From Bryobacteraceae bacterium (lineage in GTDB: Bacteria > Acidobacteriota > Terriglobia > Bryobacterales > Bryobacteraceae), in contig DATFSM010000025.1 in the NCBI GenBank assembly GCA_035262625.1, positions 3,038 through 67,037 of the forward strand: a DNA stretch of 64,000 nt, given 5' to 3'. The stretch's first letter is position 1. Each line of letters begins with the position of its first letter. Shown in pieces: positions 7,519 to 16,535 of the stretch. The notes below the pieces were generated by a model, which worked only from the letters and a program-made list of their open reading frames with translations, searched no databases and was not told the DNA's origin. The position numbers and the translations under genes are program-made.

Positions 7519-9021
7519 ATGAGTTCAGTCTCACCGAAACCCCTCAATCCAGGCAACTTTTGTTCCGAAATGGCATCGCCCCGTACAATTAAGGCGCGCA
7601 TGCCTCAGCTAACGCTCTCCGTCCTTGTGCCCCTGTACAACGAGGAAGAGTTCGTCCGCGAATTACTGGTCCGTGTGGTGAGCGCCGTCATGTCCGGGGG
7701 CTGGGATTCGGAAATCATCGTCGTCGACGATCGTTCTACTGATGGATCGGCGGAAATCGTGGAGGACTTTATGGCGTCGCAACCCGGCGTGGCGGTTCGC
7801 CTGATTCGTCATGACCGGAACCAGGGCAAAGGCGCCGCGATTCGAACCGCGATATCAGCCGCGGAGGGACATTACACTATCATTCAGGACGCTGATCTTG
7901 AGTACGATCCGGCGGAATATCTTCGGTTGCTGACTCCGCTAATCGAAGGAAGAGCCGACGTGGTTTTCGGCTCGCGCTTTCTCGCCGCGGGTGAACGCCG
8001 CGTGCTCTATTTCTGGCACTCGCTTGCCAACAGGATCCTGACCACCGTCTGCAACATGGTTTCGGACCTGAATCTGACGGACATGGAAACCTGCTACAAA
8101 GCGTTTCGCACGTCTCTAGCCAAGTCCATACCAATTCAGAGCGACCGCTTCGGAATCGACCCGGAACTCACCGTGAAATTCGCCCGCCGTCAGGCGCGTA
8201 TTTACGAGACGCCGATCAGCTATCACGGACGCACGTACGAAGAAGGCAAAAAGATTGGGCTTCGCGACGCATTTGTGGTTCTCTGGGTGATTCTGCGTTC
8301 GCGCTTCACAAAAAAATTGTTTCACGACCCGGGCCCTGAAATGCTCGACGCCCTTTCCGTTGCGGGAAAATTCAACCGCTGGATGGCGGACACGATCTCT
8401 CCGTGGGCTGGCGCGCGGGTTCTGGAAATCGGCGCCGGGATGGGCAACCTGACGCACAAGCTCTGCCCGGCGCGGAAACTGTATCTTGCCACCGATATCG
8501 AGCCCGAGTATCTGGAGCAACTGAAGAAGCGTTATCAGCACCGCCCCGCTGTGCGCGTTCACAAACTGAACGCGGAAGATCCCGGCGACTATCGGCATTT
8601 CGAAACGCAGGTGGATACCGTTATTTGTCTGAATGTACTGGAACACCTGAAGGACGACCGGCAGGTGCTCGAAAGCATCCGTACGACACTCATACCGGGC
8701 GGAACGCTGATTCTCCTCGTGCCCAACGGCCCCGAAGCTTACGGAGCGCTGGACGAAGCGCTCGGCCATTACCGCCGCTATACGAGGACCGCGCTCGCCT
8801 CGGTGCTGGCTGAGGCAGGCTTCCACGTCGACAGAATGCTCGAATTTAACCGGGTTTCGTGGCCTGGATGGCGCTTCACGGGCCAGGTGCTGAAGCGGCG
8901 AACTCTCTCGCAGTTTTCGATGCGGATCTTCGATAAGTTTGTCTGGCTGTGGCGCGCCATCGACCAGAAGTTGCCCTGGGAGCCTTGTTCGCTAATTGCC
9001 ATCGCCCGCCGCCCCGAATGA
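7519..9021 (+). CDS. family-2 glycosyltransferase fused to a class I SAM-dependent methyltransferase
   Basis: The N-terminal half carries LSVLVPLYNEEEF, VVDDRSTDGS and QDADLEYDP (GT2, DPM1-like). The C-terminal half carries VLEIGAGMGNLT and LNVLEHL (methyltransferase). The start is uncertain (ATG at 7519, 7570 or 7600). Confidence 0.85.
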   Translation: MSSVSPKPLNPGNFCSEMASPRTIKARMPQLTLSVLVPLYNEEEFVRELLVRVVSAVMSGGWDSEIIVVDDRSTDGSAEIVEDFMASQPGVAVRLIRHDRNQGKGAAIRTAISAAEGHYTIIQDADLEYDPAEYLRLLTPLIEGRADVVFGSRFLAAGERRVLYFWHSLANRILTTVCNMVSDLNLTDMETCYKAFRTSLAKSIPIQSDRFGIDPELTVKFARRQARIYETPISYHGRTYEEGKKIGLRDAFVVLWVILRSRFTKKLFHDPGPEMLDALSVAGKFNRWMADTISPWAGARVLEIGAGMGNLTHKLCPARKLYLATDIEPEYLEQLKKRYQHRPAVRVHKLNAEDPGDYRHFETQVDTVICLNVLEHLKDDRQVLESIRTTLIPGGTLILLVPNGPEAYGALDEALGHYRRYTRTALASVLAEAGFHVDRMLEFNRVSWPGWRFTGQVLKRRTLSQFSMRIFDKFVWLWRAIDQKLPWEPCSLIAIARRPE

Positions 9022-9038
9022 CGTTTTTCAGATTCTGC

Positions 9039-9071
9039 TTGCATCTGACAGTGTTCTAGTGTATTAATACA
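9039..9071 (+). promoter_or_regulatory. sigma70-like promoter overlapped by a perfect 12-bp palindrome (candidate GntR operator)
   Basis: TTGCAT (9039-9044), a 17-nt spacer, then TATTAA (9062-9067). The palindrome TGTATTAATACA spans 9060-9071, 10 nt before the GntR start codon. GntR/YtrA regulators typically bind GT..AC-type inverted repeats and autoregulate. Confidence 0.4.
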
Positions 9072-9081
9072 ATCAGCGGAA

Positions 9082-9459
9082 ATGGATTTCCGGCTGAATC
9101 TCGAGAGCGGGGTACCCGCCTACAGGCAGATCATCGATCAGGTCCATTCCGCCCGGGCTTCCGGCGCGCTGCGTCCTGGCGCGCGCCTCCCCACGGTCCG
9201 GCAGCTTGCCGTGGATCTTTCGGTAAACCCGAATACGGTAGTCCGGGCCTATCGGGAACTGGAACTGACGGGCGTCGTGACCACGTATCAGGGTACGGGC
9301 ACGTTTCTCGCGGAAGCGAAGGTGGAGAGGTCCGAGGCGGAACGCGAGCGCAGGCTCGAACGCTTCATGGCCGAATTCGTGGCGCGCGCCGGACGGGAAG
9401 GCTTCACGCTTAAGGAAATCCGCAACCGCCTGAAGGAATTCGTCAAGGAGTCGAATTGA
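9082..9459 (+). CDS. GntR-family (short YtrA-like) transcriptional regulator
   Basis: The winged-HTH signature PAYRQIIDQV....G.L.PG.RLPTVRQLAVDLSVNPNTVVRAYRELE..G is followed by a short helical C-terminus. Confidence 0.9.
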   Translation: MDFRLNLESGVPAYRQIIDQVHSARASGALRPGARLPTVRQLAVDLSVNPNTVVRAYRELELTGVVTTYQGTGTFLAEAKVERSEAERERRLERFMAEFVARAGREGFTLKEIRNRLKEFVKESN

Positions 9460-9460
9460 A

Positions 9461-10375
9461 ATGGTGCTCGGCATCGGTTCGTCATGGTTGGCGCGAGGCG
9501 GCGGCGTGAGAAGCCCGCGGGAAATCGCAAGCGTCGAAGGCGTGACTCTCTTTCTGATACTAACGATCGCCGGCGGCGCGCTATCGGCGTACACGAAACA
9601 GACGGGATGGACGGTGGCCGGGCTTCTGATCGGCTGCTATTTGTTGTTCGCGGTAAAGGTGGCCGACCAGTGGGAGCGCGCGGCTGTGCTTCGGTTCGGA
9701 CGGTACAAAGGCATGCGCGGCCCCGGCCTCTATTTCATCATTCCGCTGATCGAGAAGATCAGCCGGTACGTCGATCAGCGCATCCGAGTCACCGACGTGA
9801 CGGCGGAATCGGCGCTGACGCGGGACACGGTTCCGGTCAACGTCGTCGCCATAGTTTTCTGGCTGGTATGGGATGCCGAGAAATGCATTCTCGAAGTGGA
9901 GGACTTCTCCCGGGCGGTTCAGATGAGCGCACAGACGGCGTTGCTCGAGTCCATCGGCCGCCATCAACTTTCGCAGATGATTACGCAGCGGGAATCGCTC
10001 GGCCACGAACTGCAGGCGATTCTCGATGCGAAGACAAATCCCTGGGGGATCACGGTTCAATCGGTAGAAATTCGCGATGTCCACATCCCCTCCGGTCTGG
10101 AAGACGCAATGTCGCGTCAGGCGCAGGCGGAACGTGAACGGCAGGCCCGCATTGTGCTGGGCACAGCCGAGACGGAGATTTCGGCCAAATTCGCGGAAGC
10201 GTCGCTGGTTTACCAGAACAATCCAACAGCGCTCCATCTGCGCGCCATGAATATGCTTTACGAAGCCATTAAAGAGAAAGGCGCCATGGTGATCGTACCG
10301 TCCTCGGCGGTTGAAACAATGGGTCTGGGAGGCATGCTGGCCACCTCCACACTGGCCCCGAAGGACGTGAACTGA
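9461..10375 (+). CDS. SPFH/band-7 (stomatin/slipin-like) membrane protein
   Basis: N-terminal TM segments are followed by VKVADQWERAAVLRFGRY...GPGLYFIIPLIEKI and an AQAERERQARIV coiled-coil tail. The start lies 1 nt after the GntR stop. Confidence 0.9.
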   Translation: MVLGIGSSWLARGGGVRSPREIASVEGVTLFLILTIAGGALSAYTKQTGWTVAGLLIGCYLLFAVKVADQWERAAVLRFGRYKGMRGPGLYFIIPLIEKISRYVDQRIRVTDVTAESALTRDTVPVNVVAIVFWLVWDAEKCILEVEDFSRAVQMSAQTALLESIGRHQLSQMITQRESLGHELQAILDAKTNPWGITVQSVEIRDVHIPSGLEDAMSRQAQAERERQARIVLGTAETEISAKFAEASLVYQNNPTALHLRAMNMLYEAIKEKGAMVIVPSSAVETMGLGGMLATSTLAPKDVN

Positions 10376-10394
10376 AAAGTATAATGGCGCATGA

Positions 10395-12395
10395 ATGCGC
10401 CGGTCCCGATTAACATTATTCGTCCTGCTTTGCGCGTGCGCCGCCGAAGCGCGCGTCACGCGTTTTGTGGTTGAGAAGCGGGAATCGCCCGCCTACAGCG
10501 GCAAGACGTTTGGCGCGGCAGGACCGTTCGAGACGCTTGCCGGCCACTTTTACGGCGAGCTCGACCCGAAAGACCCGCACAACACGATCATCAACGACAT
10601 TCAGCTCGCGCCGCGCAATGCCCGCGGCATGGTGGAGTACTCGGCCACCTTCGCGCTGTCGAAGCCGATCGACATGTCACATTCGGACGCCGTGCTGTTT
10701 TACAGCGTGCCGAACCGGGGCAACGGAGGGCCCTCCGGATCGAATGACGGCCGCGTGTCGGTAGTCAGTGGATGGCAGGGAGATCTGATCGTCAGGCCGG
10801 GCCTGCAAACGATCGAAGTACCCATCGCAAAGAATCCCGATGGTTCACCGATTACCGGCCCGGTGATGGAGCGCTTCATCAATATTCCAAACCATGCCTC
10901 TACTGTCGCGCTTAATTCGCAACAATACGTCGCGCTTACTTATCAGAAGCCGTTTAGTCTCGACACCTCGAAAGCAAGTCTGATGCGCCGGACTTCTCAG
11001 GCCGCCACGGCTACGGCCGTTCCGTCGGACCAGTGGGCCTTCGCAGACTGTTCGGTGACTCCGTTTCCCGGCGCGCCTGATCCCACCAAACTCTGCGTTA
11101 AGGGAGGCTTCGACGGAGCCTCCGAGTATGTCGTGTCGTTCACTGCCAGAGATCCCCTGGTGCTCGGAATCGGGTTCGCCGCCACGCGCGATCTGAACTC
11201 TTTCCTTCGCTACTCGGAGAAGGACAGCGCGGGCAATGCGAATCCCCTGGCAGGCAAAATCAAATGGGTCATCGGACAAGGCAGTTCTCAGTCCGGCAAT
11301 TTCATCCGCACGTTCATCAATCTTGGCTTCAATCAGGACGAATCGCAGCGTATCGTCTGGGATGGCGCGAACCCTCATATCGCCGCGCGCCAGCTCGCGA
11401 TGAATTTCCGGTTCGCGAATGCGGGAGGAGCGGCAGGAGTGAACGAGCCGGGCAGCGAGGCGGTTCTTTGGTGGTCCGACTATGAGGATCGAGCGAGGCA
11501 TCGACCGTACGCGGGGCTCCTCGACCGGTGCCTCGCGACGGACACGTGCCCGAAAATCATGGAGACTTTCGGCGCACTGGAATTCTGGTATCTGCGCGAG
11601 TCGCCGAACCTCGTCGGAACAGACGCGAAGGGCGACATTCCGCTGCCTCCGAATGTCCGCCGCTATTTTTTCCCCGGGACGTCGCATGGCGGAGGGCGCG
11701 GCGGATTCAGTACCGAAACGCCGCCGGCCCCCAACGGCTGTGTTCTGCCGGCCAATCCCAACCCGGAGAGCGACACGATGCGCGCCCTTACCGCGGATTT
11801 GATCGACTGGGTGACCAAAGGCGTGGAACCGCCGCCCAGCCATTATCCTCACTTGCGGCTCAGCGAACTGGCCCCCGCGACCGCCGCCGCCATCGGCTTC
11901 CCGTCGATCCCCGGGGTTCCTTCGCCGGACGGACTGGTGAACTCGCTGATCGACTACGATTTCGGCCCGGATTTCAACTATAAGGACCTTTCGGGCGTAA
12001 TCACAAAGCAGCCGCCCACCATCAAGCAGACGCTGCCCACGCTGGTACCGAAGGTTGATAACGACGGAACGGATATTGGCGGCGTGCCGTCGGTACTGCG
12101 TCAGGCGCCCCTCGGCACTTATCTCGGATGGAATATAACGGCGGGGGGATTTGACCAGGGCCGCATCTGCACTCTCAGCGGCGGGTATGTGCCCTTCGCG
12201 AAAACCAAAGGCGAGCGCCTGGCGTCGGGCGATCCTCGGCTTTCGCTTGAGGAGCGTTACGACGACCACCAGGCTTATGTCGATGCTGTTCGGAAAGCAG
12301 CCCAACGGGCAATCGCTGAGCGGTTTCTGCTGAAGGAAGACGCAGACCGCCTGATCAAAGAAGCCGATGCAAGCGACGTCCTCGCCGGAAAGTAG
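10395..12395 (+). CDS. secreted 666-aa protein, possibly of the 'alpha/beta hydrolase domain-containing' family
   Basis: Signal peptide MRRSRLTLFVLLCACAAEA. The N-terminal block RVTRFVV..RE....GK.FG..GP.E.L.G...GELDP.DP.N..I.D...APRNARG.VEYS resembles proteins I recall as annotated alpha/beta-hydrolase-domain proteins. I saw no catalytic motif that I trust. Confidence 0.45.
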   Translation: MRRSRLTLFVLLCACAAEARVTRFVVEKRESPAYSGKTFGAAGPFETLAGHFYGELDPKDPHNTIINDIQLAPRNARGMVEYSATFALSKPIDMSHSDAVLFYSVPNRGNGGPSGSNDGRVSVVSGWQGDLIVRPGLQTIEVPIAKNPDGSPITGPVMERFINIPNHASTVALNSQQYVALTYQKPFSLDTSKASLMRRTSQAATATAVPSDQWAFADCSVTPFPGAPDPTKLCVKGGFDGASEYVVSFTARDPLVLGIGFAATRDLNSFLRYSEKDSAGNANPLAGKIKWVIGQGSSQSGNFIRTFINLGFNQDESQRIVWDGANPHIAARQLAMNFRFANAGGAAGVNEPGSEAVLWWSDYEDRARHRPYAGLLDRCLATDTCPKIMETFGALEFWYLRESPNLVGTDAKGDIPLPPNVRRYFFPGTSHGGGRGGFSTETPPAPNGCVLPANPNPESDTMRALTADLIDWVTKGVEPPPSHYPHLRLSELAPATAAAIGFPSIPGVPSPDGLVNSLIDYDFGPDFNYKDLSGVITKQPPTIKQTLPTLVPKVDNDGTDIGGVPSVLRQAPLGTYLGWNITAGGFDQGRICTLSGGYVPFAKTKGERLASGDPRLSLEERYDDHQAYVDAVRKAAQRAIAERFLLKEDADRLIKEADASDVLAGK

Positions 12396-12396
12396 C

Positions 12397-12951
12397 TCAG
12401 GCCGGGAACGATTCCGCGATCTCGATCAGTTTCAGGACTGTGTTCCAGTTGCGCGCCGTACCGGTGATCCCGAGTTTCGAGAGTTTCTTCCCGAGCAAAA
12501 TGGGAAGTTTCGAACGGCCCATTCCGTCGGGGAAGTAACAGTGCAAATGCCGCGGGTCGGCGTGCATCTCTTCCGGGAGAACACAGCAGGAGCAGATATC
12601 GGCGATCTGATTCTTTTCGAGAACGCCAGTCAGGAAAATCGCGACATTCTTGTTTGGCTCGACGCCACGGGCCGCAAAACGATTGACCTCAGTCAACTGC
12701 TTTAGCTCCGGCAAAGTCCGGAGCACGTTCTCCGATCGGAAGCCATAACGCTCTTCAAAAGCGCGCTCCAGGGCCAGGCTGAGCTTCGTCAGGTCCTTAT
12801 GAGGGCTGCGGAAAACGACGTTTCCGCTCTGGATGTAAGTCACCACACTCCTGAGCCCACGCGATTCATATAGCGCCCGCAGATCCTCCATGGCGACTTT
12901 GTGCTTGCCGCCGACGTTGATGCCGCGGAGAAGCGAGACGATTGCCTGCAT
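12397..12951 (-). CDS. DUF1697-family protein
   Basis: An internal ATG at 12951 gives MQAIVSLLRGINVGGKHKV.M.DL, the DUF1697 hallmark. It starts 2 nt after the upstream gene's stop. Confidence 0.8.
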   Translation of the reverse strand: MQAIVSLLRGINVGGKHKVAMEDLRALYESRGLRSVVTYIQSGNVVFRSPHKDLTKLSLALERAFEERYGFRSENVLRTLPELKQLTEVNRFAARGVEPNKNVAIFLTGVLEKNQIADICSCCVLPEEMHADPRHLHCYFPDGMGRSKLPILLGKKLSKLGITGTARNWNTVLKLIEIAESFPA

Positions 12952-12953
12952 TT

Positions 12954-13646
12954 TCAGATCATGTCGATAGTCGATTGCTCGAATCCGACTATCTCCCGAT
13001 AGGCAACGGTAACCGCGGCGAACGTCACCGGAATCGCCACCAGGAGTCCGACAACCAAACACAGAAAACCCAGAACATTCACGCCGATGAGCAGCAGGAG
13101 GAAGATCGTAAATCCCACATAATCGCGGCGCACCACCGCATGGCTTGCGCGCATCGCCGCCCAGAAATCCATTTTCTTATCGAAGATAAACAGGAATGTG
13201 AACTTGTACATTGCGGCGATCACAAGCCCGGGAATGATAAAGCAAAGCGTTCCAAGCGCGACAAACAGGCCGATCACGAGGGACGCCAGAAACGCGGGAA
13301 GGAAGTAGCCAAACCCCTGAAAGATATCGCTGACGGAAGCGGGGCGTTCCAGGAGTTTCCGGAGAGTGAAGATGTGAAGACCGACGATCAGCGCGCCCTG
13401 GAGGATTCCGGAAGCCGCCCCGCCCAGCAAGCAGAAAATAATGCCCACCAGTAGGTAAGAGGAAAGATCCGATTTAACGGTCCGCCAGCCTTCGCCGACC
13501 CATTCGCTCGCACGGACCTCGAATTGCCCCGGCCCCGCCCATAGGACCGGAGCCGCGGCAACGGAAGGAGCGACGACCGCTGCGCCGCAGGAGGCGCAGA
13601 ACTGCGTGCCAGCAGGAAAAGCCGTGCCGCATCGGGAGCAGAACAT
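12954..13646 (-). CDS. zinc-ribbon domain + polytopic membrane protein (DUF975-like topology)
   Basis: The N-terminus MFCSRCGTAFPAGTQFCASCG is a zinc ribbon, followed by about 5 hydrophobic helices. Confidence 0.65.
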   Translation of the reverse strand: MFCSRCGTAFPAGTQFCASCGAAVVAPSVAAAPVLWAGPGQFEVRASEWVGEGWRTVKSDLSSYLLVGIIFCLLGGAASGILQGALIVGLHIFTLRKLLERPASVSDIFQGFGYFLPAFLASLVIGLFVALGTLCFIIPGLVIAAMYKFTFLFIFDKKMDFWAAMRASHAVVRRDYVGFTIFLLLLIGVNVLGFLCLVVGLLVAIPVTFAAVTVAYREIVGFEQSTIDMI

Positions 13647-13720
13647 TGGACTCCTAAAACGGAACTCGGTTCGGTTGGTGGATCATACCAAAATCCGCTC
13701 CTGAAGCGGCTGAATCGGAA

Positions 13721-14947
13721 CTACTGGAACAACTGCGGCGTGAACTCGCTCAGATAGTTCCGCCAGTTGATCCACGTGTGCGCGCCGGGGCTCTCCTTGA
13801 AACTTGCCTCGAAGCCGTGTTTCTTGAGTAGTTCCACGGTGGACTTGCTGTTGGCGATCAGGCCGTCATCGGCGCCGGTGCTGAACCAGACGAGCTTCAG
13901 CCCCTTTTTCAGGCTGGCGTTGCCGAGGTCGGCTGCGTGATCTTTCTCCCACTGCTCCGCTCCGCCGCCACCCAGGATTCCGGAGCTGTAGACGCCGATA
14001 TAGGAAAACTTATCCAGGTGTTTGAACGCTACGTTCAGGGTCTGGGCGCCGCCCATCGAGAGGCCGGCGATCGCGCGGTGGGCGCGGTCCGTCATCGTGC
14101 GGTAGTTCTTCTCGACATACGGCATGATGTCGGTGGTGAAGTCTTCGTAGAACTCGTCACGCGGCGGAGGTCCGCCCGCGGCGGGCGCAGCGCCTCTGCC
14201 GAAGCCCTGTGTCTGACTCGTGTGGCCCGCTGGCATCACGACGATCATCGGCTTCGCCTTCTTCGCGGCGATCAGGTTATCGAGGATAAAGCCTGCGCGT
14301 CCTACTGAAGTCCACGACTCGTCGCAGTCGCCCGCTCCGTGAAGAAGGTAGAACACCGGGTATTTTTGTGATCCGCTGGCCTCATATCCCGGAGGCGTGT
14401 AGACGTGCATGCGGCGGAACTTTCCGAGCGAGGTCGAATAGTAGTTCACCGCCGCCACGGCGCCGTGCGGCACGTTCTGCTCGTCCATGAACTCCGCGCC
14501 GGAAATGTAGACGAGGCTCCAGACGTTGCCGTTGGATTCGCTGACGCTGGGATTACGCGGGTCGATTACAGCGACGCCGTTCACGATGAACCGGTAGCGG
14601 TACGCGCCAGGATTAATCGGACCAACGGTCGCCTCCCATACTCCGTTCTCGCTTTTTGTAAAGGTGGGGCCCGGATTCGGAGGAGCGCCGCGGCCGCCGC
14701 CCGCAAGTTGCGGAATGTCACCGCCGTTGAGTCCGACGGTTTCTGCCTGCGGAGCGAAGATCCGGAACGCGACCCGGTGATCGGAAAGAACCTCCGGTGA
14801 AATAAACGCAGGAGCAGCAGGTCCGCGGCCTCGTCCGCCGCCACCGGCAGGCGGAGCCGCGGCCGGACTCTGAGCAAACATAACGCCAGCAAAAGCTGCG
14901 GCGATCAACAAAGTTCGCGTAGCCATATCGGTTTGTACCGATATCAT
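13721..14947 (-). CDS. secreted esterase (esterase-D/CE1-like alpha/beta hydrolase with N-terminal Ig-like module)
   Basis: Signal peptide MATRTLLIAAAFAGVMFAQ (alternative ATG at 14926). Motifs YPVFYLLHGAGDCDESW and the nucleophile elbow GLSMGG are present. Confidence 0.8.
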   Translation of the reverse strand: MISVQTDMATRTLLIAAAFAGVMFAQSPAAAPPAGGGGRGRGPAAPAFISPEVLSDHRVAFRIFAPQAETVGLNGGDIPQLAGGGRGAPPNPGPTFTKSENGVWEATVGPINPGAYRYRFIVNGVAVIDPRNPSVSESNGNVWSLVYISGAEFMDEQNVPHGAVAAVNYYSTSLGKFRRMHVYTPPGYEASGSQKYPVFYLLHGAGDCDESWTSVGRAGFILDNLIAAKKAKPMIVVMPAGHTSQTQGFGRGAAPAAGGPPPRDEFYEDFTTDIMPYVEKNYRTMTDRAHRAIAGLSMGGAQTLNVAFKHLDKFSYIGVYSSGILGGGGAEQWEKDHAADLGNASLKKGLKLVWFSTGADDGLIANSKSTVELLKKHGFEASFKESPGAHTWINWRNYLSEFTPQLFQ

Positions 14948-15015
14948 ATGCGAGCTCAGGGCACTAAATCGGCGACAGTTCGACAGTTTTGTAAAGTCGC
15001 GTCAGCGCGTTGTGG

Positions 15016-16446
15016 TCAGGCTTTGGCGTCGATGATGAAGGTCGGGGCGATCCCCGCCGCGGGCGAATAGGTTCCCGAGCCCGCCGTCGAAACGTAGCTC
15101 GAACAGCCGGCGACCTTACCGAGAAACGCCTGCGGCTGAACGTCCACCTGCATCTCCTTAAATTCGAGATGTCCGTAGTTCATCAGCGGGAATAGCGTGC
15201 GGGCGGCTTCCACTCGTTCCTGGACCACATATGGAGCCCGCTGCGCCTCGCGAAGCGCGCGCGCCCAGGATCCGTCGTCGTGTTCGTATCCGACAAAGCT
15301 GTGGAGATCAGCGTACTCGTCGTTCGGACGGAGTACGAGAGTCTCGCGATTCTGCCTGATGAATTCGAGAAGGTCCGGAATGGTCTGATCGCCGCGCGTG
15401 GCCTTGCCCGCTTTCACCACGCGGGTCCACGGCACGTGTTCGCGAATCGCCTTGCGCTCGTTCGCCGGGAACTTTGCGGTCAGCGACTCCTCGGTGAGCA
15501 ACGCGAACATCGCCTTTTTATGGGAAAGCTCCGAGCGGAAGCTGTTCACCACGCAAACCTTGTGCTCGCGGTACGCCTGCACCAGCGGATGATTCAGAGT
15601 GAAGCGGAGCAGGAATTCCTGCGCGCTGATCCTGCGGTAGACGAGGTCGATATTGAAGCTCGGCCGCGAATCGAGTCCCGTGGCGCGCAGAACACCATTG
15701 CGATATTCCAGTTGCTCGGGCGAAACCATCTCGGTTTCGTAGCCCGCAGAACGGAAATAATCGCGGAACATTTCGTGCTCGCTGCGCCCCGTGGCGTTGC
15801 GGAATTCGAGAATCGCGATGTTTGGCTTTTTGCTCCCGGCGTGACCGTTGGAAGCCGCTCGGAACATCTTGTACGCCTTAAGCAGCGCATCCAGAAAAGG
15901 CTTTTTGCCGCCAATGCGGGTAAGGTTGTAGCGCCGCCGGAATTCTTTCACGGGCGGACAATCGTAGAACAGGTCCGAGAGCCCTTCGGCGTACGCGGCT
16001 CCCGACAAAGCGTCCGCGTTATACTGCATTACGTGCAGCGAGCCGTTCTGGATCTGCAGATCGAGTTGGGCGGACACCTCCGACATCTCGTATCCAGGGT
16101 CCACCGCGGCCAGCATTTTCTCGGCGGGAAAAAGCTGCATAAGGGAAAGCAGTTGAGGGGATGCCATCGCCATGCGTTGCATCCGGTCCACCGCCGAAAT
16201 GAGCGCTTCGCCGGTCTTCACCAGATTGTCGTACTGTTTCTGGGTGACGAAATTCGGTCGCAGAAAAGGACAGAGCAGACGTCCACCGGCGGATAGCTGG
16301 CGGGCTTCCATTTGCTCCTGCAGGTTTTTTACCCACCGCATATCGCGGTAGGGCTCGGACTCGAGGATCCGATGGTATCGGGCGATGGCCTCGTCCAATT
16401 GCGTCATGTGTGCGCTGGCTGCTTTCTTTTGCTTCCAGTATGACAC
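15016..16446 (-). CDS. ATP-grasp-superfamily protein (glutathionylspermidine-synthase-like / circularly permuted ATP-grasp-like)
   Basis: The blocks LHVMQYNADALSGAAY, NSFRSELSHKKAMFALL, LVLRPNDEYADLHSFVGY and YVVQERVE parallel YgiC/YjfC-type proteins (LLEYNADTPT..., SNKGLMPLL, YVRKPIYSREG). This comparison is from memory only. GTG start. Confidence 0.45.
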   Translation of the reverse strand: MSYWKQKKAASAHMTQLDEAIARYHRILESEPYRDMRWVKNLQEQMEARQLSAGGRLLCPFLRPNFVTQKQYDNLVKTGEALISAVDRMQRMAMASPQLLSLMQLFPAEKMLAAVDPGYEMSEVSAQLDLQIQNGSLHVMQYNADALSGAAYAEGLSDLFYDCPPVKEFRRRYNLTRIGGKKPFLDALLKAYKMFRAASNGHAGSKKPNIAILEFRNATGRSEHEMFRDYFRSAGYETEMVSPEQLEYRNGVLRATGLDSRPSFNIDLVYRRISAQEFLLRFTLNHPLVQAYREHKVCVVNSFRSELSHKKAMFALLTEESLTAKFPANERKAIREHVPWTRVVKAGKATRGDQTIPDLLEFIRQNRETLVLRPNDEYADLHSFVGYEHDDGSWARALREAQRAPYVVQERVEAARTLFPLMNYGHLEFKEMQVDVQPQAFLGKVAGCSSYVSTAGSGTYSPAAGIAPTFIIDAKA

Positions 16447-16535
16447 GAATTAACGCCCTTTGTCTGGTTTATAGGCCCGATAAACTCCGTAAAATACTGA
16501 AAATGCGGGAAATCAAGCGTTTTTGATAGCGATCA

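Noticed and set aside
10845-12305. 486-aa antisense ORF. Similar long antisense ORFs lie at 8116..8826, 15280..16296, 22873..23985, 38285..39235, 43548..44498, 45546..46637, 52796..53824 and 58315..59208
   Set aside because: These are typical shadow ORFs of a high-GC genome. They are Arg/Ala/Gly-rich with no recognisable motifs. Each lies fully inside a gene with strong family signatures on the opposite strand.
13678-13695. Short hairpin CCGCT-N5-AGCGG downstream of the esterase gene, considered as a terminator
   Set aside because: It has only a 5-bp stem and a weak T-tract (ATTTTGG on the minus strand). It is too marginal to report as a feature.
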